Shown here piece after piece: positions 1 to 9,991 of a DNA stretch of 64,000 nt. This DNA comes from Octopus sinensis (Eukaryota), in contig NC_043014.1 of assembly GCF_006345805.1 (NCBI RefSeq), positions 8,556,001 to 8,620,000 of the forward strand, given 5' to 3'. How positions within the stretch are numbered: the stretch's first letter is position 1; each line of letters starts with the position of its first letter. The translations under genes and the position numbers were made by a program. The notes below the pieces were generated by a model. The model saw only the letters and a list, made by a program, of their open reading frames with translations. It did no database searches and had not been told where the DNA came from.

Positions 1-360
1 TGAGGTTTTGACTACAGAGGGCTTGAAAGAAATGAAGCGAGCATGCTCTGCTGGATGGGTAATGTCGGTGTGCATGCATGACAAAGTGTAAATGATTTAT
101 GAGAAAATCTGGGCATAAGAGGCATCAGATGTGTGCAAGAGAGAAGGCTATACTGGTTTGGTCATGTGATGCATATGAATGAGGACAGTTGTGTGGAGAA
201 GTGCTGAGTTCTAATTATGGAGGGTACTTGTGGAAGGGGTAGATGTAGGACAAAGTGGTTTGAAAGGATCTTCAGATGCTGGGCCTCACTGAGGAAGTGA
301 CAAAAGACCAGGAGAGGTTGTGATTTTCTGTACTTGATAAAGTATGTCACGCTGAGTAAA
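1..360 (+). mobile_element. Decayed 3' fragment of an RTE-clade LINE ORF
   Basis: Manual translation across stops gives LERNEASMLxWM...LGIRGIRC..QERRLYWFGHVMHMNEDSCV.KC...EGTCGRGR, the typical RTE C-terminal pattern. Confidence 0.65.
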
Positions 361-527
361 ATCGCTGTCTTCCACAGGTTCAGGCTTGTCCTGTCAGGTG
401 CCAGTGCCACTTAAAAAGCATTTGTGCCAGTGCTGCATTAATCCACCCATGCCCATGGCACATAAAAGCACCCAACACACTTGAAGTTTTTTTAAATTTT
501 CACCAAATTATTTTTTAAAATGTAGTT

Positions 528-1350
528 GGGATCTTTTCGGTTTGGACGGCAGTTTTTTAAAATAATTCCCACGTAACTGAACACTTTTAAACTTCGTATA
601 CTGGTAGAATGTCTTTATAAAACATCTTTTTCTCTTGGCTGTATTGAGAAAATTCTAGAGTTTGTAAGATATTTTTCTTCAGAAATGTAAATAAACCCAA
701 TCTGTTTCTTAAACGGACATATTCATACGGTACAGAATGGGTTTTTTTTTTACCTCAATAGACGTCATTGATTGGTTGAAATTGCAGAAAAAACAACAAC
801 AAATATCTTACAAAGTATAGACTTTTCTCAATAAAGCCAAGAGAAAAAGATGTTTTATAAACACATTCTACAAGTATACTCTTTTACTCTCTTTTACTTG
901 TTTCAGTCATTTGACTGCGGCCATGCTGGAGCACCGCCTTTAATCGAGCAACTCGCCCCAGGACTTATTCTTTGTAAGCCCAGTACTTATTCTATCGATC
1001 TCTTTTTGCCGAACCGCTAAGTTACGGGGACGTAAACACACCAGCATCGGTTGTCAAGCAATGCTAGGGGGACAAACACAGACACACATACATATATATA
1101 TATACATATATACGACAGGCTTCTTTCAGTTTCCGTTTACCAAATCCACTCACAAGGCATTGGTCGGCCCGGGGCTATAGCAGAAGACACTTGCCCAAGA
1201 TGCCACGCAGTGGGACTGAACCCGGAACCATGTGGTTGGTTAGCAAGCTACTTACCACACAGCCACTCCTGCGCCAGTATACGAAGTTTAAAAGTATTTA
1301 GTTACGTGGAAATTATTTTTAAAAAACTGCCGTTCAAACCGAAAAGTTCC
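528..1350. mobile_element. MITE with TIR GGATCTTTTCGGTTTGAACGGCAGTTTT, interrupted by a SINE
   Basis: Left TIR at ~529, right TIR aaaactgccgttcaaaccgaaaagttcc ends at 1350; SINE at 879-1275 lies inside. Confidence 0.75.
879..1275 (-). mobile_element. tRNA-derived SINE family A (octopus OK/OR-type), full length
   Basis: Head GGCGCAGGAGTGGCTGTGTGGTAAG with B-box-like GGTTCAGTCCC, (GTAAAAGA)n tail, duplication agtatac at 873-879 and 1276-1282. More than 12 related copies, e.g. 3560-3927, 11650-12030, 20337-21060, 23183-23478, 25747-26500, 54322-54727, 60280-61520. Confidence 0.85.
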
Positions 1351-1516
1351 AAGAACGCTTCAGCGTTATTTGAACCCAAAACGCAACGAGCCGGTGAAAG
1401 CCAGTAAACGTTTTAACCGGCGCGAGCAATTCTGTAGAATCATCGGATTCGTCAATTAATTCCCTTGTTGACCTCTCTTATGTCATAAAATACATAAACA
1501 TCCGAAACCAAACAAC

Positions 1517-1987
1517 ATGGCTCGGCTCTTGAAGTCCGCGAATCGTTTCCTTGTGAAGCCTTTAGTTGACCAAACATCTTTCATTTTGAAATCTTCTTCG
1601 CGGTTAGCTCAATCCTCTGCGCCCGATGCCTCCGTTACGCCCAATAAATCGAACGATCACGAAAATACAGTCATCATAACCGACTCCTGTGTTAACAGAC
1701 TCAAAAGACTCGGCGACGATTCGATCTTGCGTGTTTCCGTGGAAGGCGGCGGTTGTTCGGGGTTCCAGACGAAATTCGACCTTGTTGAAACCATCGAAAG
1801 TGATGACAAGGTGTTTGAGAAAGATGGTGTGAAAGTCATCATCGACAGCGATTCTCTATCGTTCTTGACGGGTTCCACTATAGACTACGAAGAAGAGTTA
1901 ATTCGCAGCTCCTTTACTGTTGCTAAAAACCCGCAAGCAGACCAAAGTTGTTCCTGTGGAGTTTCTTTCTCACTTAAGGACCTCTGA
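1517..1987 (+). CDS. ISCA2: Iron-sulfur cluster assembly 2 homolog, mitochondrial (A-type carrier), single exon
   Basis: 156 aa; basic N-terminal presequence-like region; LRVSVEGGGCSGFQ, IIDSDSLSFLTGSTIDYEEELIRSSF and NPQADQSCSCGVSF motifs with the three conserved Cys; acaacATGG start context. Confidence 0.95.
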   Translation: MARLLKSANRFLVKPLVDQTSFILKSSSRLAQSSAPDASVTPNKSNDHENTVIITDSCVNRLKRLGDDSILRVSVEGGGCSGFQTKFDLVETIESDDKVFEKDGVKVIIDSDSLSFLTGSTIDYEEELIRSSFTVAKNPQADQSCSCGVSFSLKDL

Positions 1988-2083
1988 AATTACAGCACAA
2001 CACAACACAGCAACTGTTATAAATTTAACCAAACAGAAAACTTTACAATTAATACCACCTAAACGACAGCAAAACAGACCAAA

Positions 2084-2480
2084 TACCTATTTCTTTATTA
2101 CCCACAAAGGGGCTAAACACAGAGGGGACAAACAAGGACAGACAAAGGGATTAAGTCGATTATATCGATCCCAATGCGTAACTGGTACTTAATTTATCGA
2201 CCCCGAAAGGATGAAAGGCAAAGTCGACCTCGGAGGAATTTGAAGTAAGGACGTGAAGACGGATGAAATACCTATTTCTTTACTACCTACAAGGGGCTAA
2301 ACACAGGGAGGACAAACGGATTAAGTCGATTATATCGACCCCAGTGCGTAAATGGTACTTATTTAATCGACCTCAAAAGGACGAAAGGCAAAGTCAACCT
2401 TGGCGGAATTTGAACTCAGAACGTAGGGGCAGACGAAATACTGTTGAGCATTTCGCCCGGCGTGCTAACGATTCTGCCAG
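2084..2480 (-). mobile_element. SINE family B, dimeric copy
   Basis: Head GGCAGAATCGTTAGCACGCCGGGCGAAATGC, B-box GAGTTCAAATTCC, tail TAAAGAAATAGGTATT. Many further copies, e.g. 6449-6680, 10822-11050, 11345-11585, 39385-39580, 43598-43825, 61873-62100. Confidence 0.85.
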
Positions 2481-3520
2481 AACGACCTGGGGTGCCATTC
2501 GTCCCTTATCTACAAATTACACAATTGCTGTCTTAAAAAAAGAAAAAAAAAAAAAAAGAGATACGATTATTATAAATAATGTAATCCTTGATACTGGATG
2601 GTCGCAGCTGGAATGCCTTTGATCTGAACCCCGCTCGATCAGGGCTAAATTACAACCTGGTAACAATATGCTATCTGTTGCAGTTTCTCTTAGATGTTGA
2701 GATTATTAAATGTTTTTATGCTTTATTTATTAAATTATTTGTATGTTTTTTCTTGTATGAACGAATTCTGTCCACATTCGTCTCTTTATTATCAATTTAC
2801 GTATCACACAGACCATATTACCAATATTACGCAGGTACTTGTACAAGTACCCATTACGCAACAATATGTCCTTGCTTAGTCGCAACATTATTTCTTAATA
2901 TAACCCCTTTCTCCACACAAAATATACACATATAAATATATACAACAAACACATCACATTTAGGCACCTACATACACGCAAACACACTCATACAAAACAT
3001 CGTATACACACTAGACAAACTGATTTTTGGTGAAAATATCAATTTCCATTGACCCACCCACCTTTATAAAAAATATAATTACATCTCGCTCGTCCTCAAT
3101 TCTCAAGGTAACTCCGTCGCCTAATCGTTTGTGTATTTTCATAGCATGTTTATATCTTTATTATATATACATATATCTTTGTAATGATATGTTTGTATCT
3201 ACTATAGTATTTCAAGTAAATATTCTGTGTAAAAATTTACCTATATTTTCTTATTTAACAATTCTATTGTCTTCTGTTGGTGTTTTTTGTAGATAAGACA
3301 TCCACTCGACTACTTATGAATTGAACAAATTACCAGAGTTACATCCCTTCTGTCACACGCTTACCTCTAAATAGAACTTGCGATAGGAAATATCAATAAC
3401 AAAGCAAGGAAAGTGGTTCCCTCGAGCTTTGCAAGTCCCTTCACAGGCAATCACCCATCTAAATACTAGCTTGGCTTCCCTCTCTCTCTCTCTATATATA
3501 TATATATACACACACATATA

Positions 3521-3551
<31 letters not shown>

Positions 3552-4120
3552 CTTTACTCTCTCTTTTACTCTTTTACTTGTTTCAGTCATTTGACTGCGG
3601 CCATGCTGGAGCACCGCCTTTAGTCGAGCAAATCGACCCCGGGACTTATTCTTTGTAAGCCCAGTACTTTTTCTATCGGTCTCTTTTTGCCGAACCGCTA
3701 AGTAACGGGGACGTAAACACACCAGCATCGGGGACAAACACAGACACACAAACACACATATATATATATATACATATATACGACAGGCTTCTTTCAGTTT
3801 CCGTCTACCAAATCCACTCACAAGGCATTGGTCGGCCCGGGGCTATAGCAGAAGACACTTGCCCAAGATGCCACGCAGTGGGACTGAACCCGGAACCATG
3901 TGGTTGGTTAGCAAGCTACTTACCACTCCTATATATTAAATTAGAGATAAAACCACTATTAGGCAAATCAAACAGTGAAAAACATAAACCAAAACATAGA
4001 AATAAAACTAAATATATATATTTATACTGTAAAATTGGATTTAATCCTAAATCTAATTTTCCCCTGTAAGTTTGGATTTACTCCCTAATATTATTATTAT
4101 ATAAATATATATATATATAT

Positions 4121-4152
<32 letters not shown>

Positions 4153-4153
4153 A

Positions 4154-4527
4154 CTAGCAGTATCGCCCGGCGTTGCTCGGGTTTGTTTTGACCCTTTAGA
4201 ATTGGAATTTTTGAAAAGTAAAACATTTTGCATTATGTAGCTTGTTATTCTCTTTAAGTGAACATTTTTCTGTTTAAAATACACCGAAAAATGGCAACAC
4301 AGCAGTCAAAAAATCGTAAAAAATAGGGATTTTCATAGAAAAAAAAGCACCTTTTTGATGTGTATAATTTTTGGTGTTAACATGGTCCGATTTGAATTTT
4401 TTCTACGTAAGGAAGAGCAAGCCATCTTCTATCATACTCTCAATTTTGGTCAACTTGCACCGCAGGGTCTCGGAGGAGATAGTGTTTGTTGAAGGCTACC
4501 AAACCTGCCATACACAGACAATTTTAG

Positions 4528-4572
<45 letters not shown>

Positions 4573-4573
4573 G
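4154..4573 (-). mobile_element. Non-autonomous Helitron (family 1)
   Basis: Minus-strand 3' end CCCGAGCAACGCCGGG hairpin followed by CTAG|T; 5' end dissolves into (TA)n; near-identical to 51713-52105 and 59648-60036. Confidence 0.8.
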
Positions 4574-4763
4574 TTAATCCAAACAAGAAAGCACAAAAAA
4601 ACACAACAACGCGAGGACGTGGAACAAATATAGTATTATTGGACACTCAGGAAAGAAGGAGGGTTTAACGTTTCGAGTGGAGCTCTTCGTCGGAAACATA
4701 GGAGAAGGGAAGACAGAGGAAAAAAAAAATCGCCAACGGTACACACAAGGTCACATTTTGAAT
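4573..4763 (-). mobile_element. Short (TA)n-embedded element carrying a hammerhead motif (probable Penelope pLTR derivative)
   Basis: About 190 bp between two (TA)n tracts; contains the motif at 4663-4697. Confidence 0.55.
4663..4697 (-). ncRNA. Minimal type I hammerhead ribozyme motif (U4C variant)
   Basis: Minus strand GTTT-CCGACGA-A-GAG-CTCCA-CTC-GAAA-CG-TT-AAAC: stem I GTTT/AAAC, stem II GAG/CTC, palindromic ACGT stem III. Confidence 0.6.
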
Positions 4764-5404
4764 ATATATATATAGTCGTTTAGCTTTGTTAAAATGTAAT
4801 CATGTATTCACGATTCTTTCCTGCAGTTGATATATGTAATATAACTTATTACAAATTAATATCATAGAAATTTTAAAGTAGGAGGTTAACTAATGCCAAT
4901 ATGCACACATCTGAAATAACTTTTCCAACTTTTCTCTAACTAGTTTTTCAGTGATATCTTCTACGTAATAAAACACGCAGAAAGGGAAAGAAAAATGCTG
5001 CTTAAGTATTAGAAGATTCCATCTTTTCAGACTTGTAAATAAATTTAAACGATTAAACCACACAAATAATACTAATCTTTTATGAATACAGTTAAGTTAC
5101 AATAGTTGTAAAGCTGAGCCCTTGACACACTTTAAATAGATTTTAGACACTAAAATAGAACTCGGATGAGAAAACTTGTTTAATGTGAAGGTAACGAGAT
5201 AATCTAAATACAGGGACATCTCCTTTCCTAGTTAGAAAGAAAAAGAATATATTATATCTATAAAAGGCAATCTCACTTTAAAATTTTATTTTTCATGTTT
5301 TTGTGTGTAATTTGAACTTGTATAATTAAAATTTGTGATTTTTTAAAAACTGCTAATATTTTCAGTTTGATAATGAAAAAGATGTTCAAGTAAAAATATT
5401 TGTA

Positions 5405-5718
5405 ATAGTGCCGGTGGCACATAAGAGGACCATCCGAATGTAGCCGTTGCCAGCGCCACCCTGACTGGCCTCCGTGCCAATGGCATGGAAAAAGCACCAT
5501 CCGATCGTGGCCGTTTGCCAGTCTCGTCTGGTAACTGTGCCAGTGGCACGTAAAAAGCATCCACTACACTCAAGGAGTGGTTGGCGTTAGGAAGGGCATC
5601 CAGCCGTAGAAACATTGCCAGATCAGACTGGGCCTGGTGCAGCCTTCTGGCTTCCCAGACCCCAGTTGAACCGTCCAACCCATGCTAGCATGGAGAGCGG
5701 ACGCTAAACGACGATGAT
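5405..5718 (+). mobile_element. SINE family C with RTE-like 3' end and (GAT)n tail
   Basis: Internal ~55-bp GTGGCACGTAAAAAGCACC subrepeats, GGTTGGCGTTAGGAAGGGCATCC, tail AAACGATGATGAT. Copies at 8005-8420, 17742-18070, 37526-37780, 38760-39150, 39985-40330, 42490-42730. Confidence 0.8.
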
Positions 5719-6721
5719 TCACATTTCTAGTCATTGCCATCTTGTTTCACTTTGTGTCTCAGTTGCCTTCTTGGAAAACATTTCTGAATTAACTAGTGTT
5801 TTATCTTTGATCAGGAAGGAGATATGACTTAAGGTAACAATTATATGAAAGACATCCTTGACTGCATTCCAAAAAGGGCCACCTAACTGATTGTCATAAA
5901 ATCACTTACAAACTCTATGCTCCAGCCTTTGGTTCACAAACCCGGTCAGCTTTCTTTGCCTTTTCTGCAGCTACAATAGCCTTCTTTGGAGTAGGCTAGG
6001 TGCATGCCATCTCCACTCAAGCATTCCCAACCCATTTGTAATCCTAGTACCCAGCTCCTAGGTCTCACATTAATCACCGTGACCAGTTTTTTGCCTTCCC
6101 ACAACATTAGCCCTTTAGAACTTTTCACCTGCTCATATCCTTCTCACAAGTGTTGACATGCTCTGGTTGAAGAGGAACATATAATATCAATCTTATTGAT
6201 CTCAGAAGGCCTGCAAAGGCCTTGGGCACTGCTCCTTCTGTTAGGCCTATCAAGTAAAATAAATAGTTTTGACCAAGACATTTAGAGATATGCTGTGCTT
6301 GAGAAGATCCAGCAAGCCAAGTGAGATTGTAGCTTTAGCCTATGCCACATAATGGGCCCATTTAAGAGTTCTCTTCAATTGTCAGGCAATATGTTTTGCT
6401 TGAGAAGACCTATTGAATCGAGTAAAATCGCTGTTGTGGCCGATGCCAGTACCTATTTCTTTATTACCCACAAGGGGCTAAACACAGAGGGGACAAACAA
6501 GGACAGACATAGGTATTAAGTCGATTACATAGACCCCAGTGCGTAACTGGTACTTAATTTATCGACCCCAAAAAGATGAAAGGCAAAGTCGACCTCGGCG
6601 GAATTTGAACTCACAACGTAACGACAGACGAAATACGGCTACGCATTTCGCCCAGCATGCTAACGCTTCTGCCAGCTCGGATGCCAGTACCACCTGACTG
6701 GCACCCATGCTGGTGGCATGT

Positions 6722-7342
6722 ATTGCCTGTTTTGGCACAAACTTGGCAGACATACACAAATCTTTAGTGATAATGGATTGAACTGAACTGTAACTAATCT
6801 GTACATCCTCTGATAACTCACGGATGGTGATTTGACGATTTCCCCTCACAGCTGCGATGTTTTTCTCAGTTCTGCTGGTTGCGGATCTCCCAGAATGTTC
6901 ATCAATATCGACATTTTTTGGCCATTTTGGAAACATCTGAACCGCTTGTATACTTGTGTCCGGCTCATACACTCCTCTCAATACTCTTTCTGCATAGGGC
7001 TCTGAGTAGGTATCGCCTGACTGGCACCCATGCTGGTGGCATGGAAAATGAAGAAGACACCTTTAAATCTTTGCGTAGGCCTCTGAGCAGGTATCACCAA
7101 ACTTTTGGCAAAATTTGATGCAGATTCTCTGCTCAGCTTACTCTGTCGTGGTCAGTGCATGATCACACACTACACACCTTCCTTCCAAGCACTGCTGTAA
7201 ACAGCGAAAGTGAGCTGGAACGTTAAAACTTAGTGAACATGCACAGCAGAGGTCAAGGTCAATCTGTACCAAACAGTTCCACTGTGTGTGCTTTAGCTTC
7301 GTTACTATGGCAACAGTCCGGATACTTATTAATCAGATCACG
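6722..7342 (-). mobile_element. Mariner transposon 5' fragment (TIR plus decayed HTH region)
   Basis: EQRICIKFCQKFGDTCSEAYA...DEHSGRSATSRTEKNIAAV...RQITIRELSEDVQISYSSVQSIITKDLCMSAKFVPK; terminus CGTGATCTGATTAATAAGTATCCGGAC abuts TA at 7343-7344. Confidence 0.85.
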
Positions 7343-8529
7343 TATGTATGACTGTGTTTGTGCACTAGCATCACTTAACATCTGGTGTTGGTTGGTTTGT
7401 TTATGTCCCTGTAATTTTGCAGTTTGGCAGAAGGTGAATGATAGTAAAACTACTGAGGTTGATTTGTTTGATTAAACTCCTCATAGCAATACTCCAGAAT
7501 GGCCACAGTTCAATGACTGAAATAAGTAAATGGTAAACATATATACAATTATAGACGGTTTCTGTCTACCAAATGTACTCACAAGGATTTGGTTGGCCCG
7601 AGAGTACAGTGGAAGACACTTGCCCTAGGTGCTATGCAGTGGGTCTGAACCCAGAACCATGTGGTTGGGAAGCAAGCTACTTGCCACACAGCCATGCTCG
7701 CGCCTATAAACACATACATTCATGTGAACACACAGTGGGTGGAGGAGATGAAATTTTCCTTAAACCGGAGACTTGACCTGAGTGCTTACAAGAGAATGGA
7801 CACTGCTAAAGGAACCAAGGGGCCATGTAATGGTATTAAATTGAGCTGCAGATTAAGTGTAGCATTCAAGCAGGCCATTGTAGGATTCGAACTCAGAATA
7901 CAAAGAATCAAAACAACTACCACAAGGGACCCCATCTGACAAAGAAATGTTTTCAGATCACCACTCTAGACTGGTCCTTTATTTATTGACCCCAGAAGTC
8001 ATCATCATCATCGTTTAACGTCCGCTTTCCATGCTAGCAGGGGTTGGACGATTTGACTGAGGGCTGGTGAACCAGATGGCTGCACCAGGCTCCAATCTTG
8101 ATCTGGCAGTGTTTCTACAGCTGGATGCCCTTCCTAACGCCAACCACTCCAAGAGTGTAGTGGATGCTTTTACGTGCCACCAGCACGAGGGCCAGTCAGG
8201 CAGTACTGGCAACGGCCACACTCAAATGGTGTTTTTTACGTGCCATCTGCACAGGAGCCAGTCCAGCGGCACTGGCAACGACCTCACTCGAATGTGTTTT
8301 CACGTGCCAGTAAGGTGATGCTGGTAATGATCACACTCAAATAGTGCTTTTTACGTGCCACCGGCACAGAAGCCAGTTAGCCGCTCTGGCAACAATCACG
8401 CTTGGATGGTGCTCGTGATCGATGCCAGAGCGGGTGAAAAGTATGAAAAGTAAAGTTGCCCTTGATAGAATTTGAACTCAAAACACGAGATACTGGAAAA
8501 ATACTACAAAGCATTTTGTGCTACCATTT

Positions 8530-9283
8530 AATGACTTAATACATTTCTTTATTGCCCACAAGGGGCTAAAAATAGAGGGGACAGACAAAGGGATTAAGCT
8601 GATTACATCGACCCCAGTGCGTAACTGGTACTTTATATATCGACCCCGAAAGGATGAAAGGCAATGTCGACCTCGGCGGAATTTGAACTCAGAACGTAAC
8701 GGCAGACGAAATACCTATTTCTTTACTATCCACAAGGGGCTAAACATAGAGGGAACAAACAAGGACAAACGGATTAAGTCAATTACATCGACCCCAGTAC
8801 GTAACTGGTACTTAATTTATCGACCCCGAAAGGATGAAAGGCAAAGTCGACCTCGGCGGAATTTGAACTCAGAACGTAACGGCAGACGAAATACCTATTT
8901 CTTTACTATCCACAAGGGGCTAAACATAGAGGGAACAAACAAGGACAAACGGATTAAGTCAATTACATCGACCCCAGTACGTAACTGGTACTTAATTTAT
9001 CGACCCCGAAAGGATGAAAGGCAAAGTCGACCTCGGCGGAATTTGAACTCAGAATGTAACTGCAGACGAAATACCTATTTCTTTACTACCCACAAGGGGC
9101 TAAACACAGAGAGGACAAACAAGGACAGACAAACGGATTAAGTCGATTACATCGACCTCAGTGCGTAACTGGTACTTAATTTATCAACCCCGAAAGGATG
9201 AAAGGCAAAGTCGACCTCGGCGAAATTTGAACTCAGAACGTAACAGCAGACGAAATACCGCTAAGCAGCCAGCCCGCCGCCTT
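8530..9283 (-). repeat. Tandem array of four SINE-B body units with a single head
   Basis: 8701-8880 and 8881-9060 are identical except for one base (180-bp period). Confidence 0.9.
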
Positions 9284-9693
9284 ATTTAATGACATAATAA
9301 CTATCTTTTTACCACTTATGATAGCTAAACAATAACAACATGAATGCAATTCAGTTTGAAATTTGTAGCTGTTTTATTGTTTTAATAAAACTCTTTCATA
9401 AGAGAAAACAAAAACGTTCCTTTTAAGGTCTTGCCCTTAGTTTTTTTTTTTTGTTTTATATGTATATTTTTTTGCAGATGGGCAAAAAAGTTGTAGAAAT
9501 ACAAACAAGAATGATAGTTCTAACATGGGTGAAAAAAAAAGTGTGTGTGTGTATGTCTGGGGGGTGGGGAGATGGGAGAAAAGGAGTGGAGTTGATTTTA
9601 CATTCAATGTTAGGTCTTTAAAAAAATAAAAATTATGACAATCTTTGGAAAATAAATAACTTTAAATTAAAATAAGATATATATGTATGAATG

Positions 9694-9719
<26 letters not shown>

Positions 9720-9724
<5 letters not shown>

Positions 9725-9811
9725 TATGAGGGAATATTATTCCAAACTTACAGGGAAAAATTCAATTTAGAAATACTAAATCAAATTTCACAAAATTTTT
9801 TTATAATTTAT

Positions 9812-9844
<33 letters not shown>

Positions 9845-9945
9845 GTAATATGAGGGAATATTATTCCAACTTACAGGGAAAAATTCAATTTAGAAATACT
9901 AAATCAAATTTCACAAAATTTTTTTATAATTTATATATATATATT
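9720..9945. repeat. Two tandem ~125-bp units separated by (TA)n
   Basis: gtaatatgagggaatattattccaaacttacagggaaaaattc... occurs twice; related sequence inverted at ~4030-4100. Confidence 0.75.
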
Positions 9946-9959
9946 ATATATATATATAC

Positions 9960-9991
<32 letters not shown>

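Noticed and set aside
8518-9141. 207-aa ORF with three internal repeats
   Set aside because: Read-through of the 180-bp SINE-B array (period divisible by 3)
8530-9283. CRISPR-like or retrozyme reading of the tandem arrays
   Set aside because: No unique spacers and eukaryotic context; no CUGANGA/GAAA hammerhead core found on either strand of the unit
9721-9765. ATGA-GGGAAT-ATT-ATTCC-AAAC possible hammerhead remnant (also ~23020-23050)
   Set aside because: Lacks CTG and the G of GAAA in all local copies and has no stem I; too degenerate to claim
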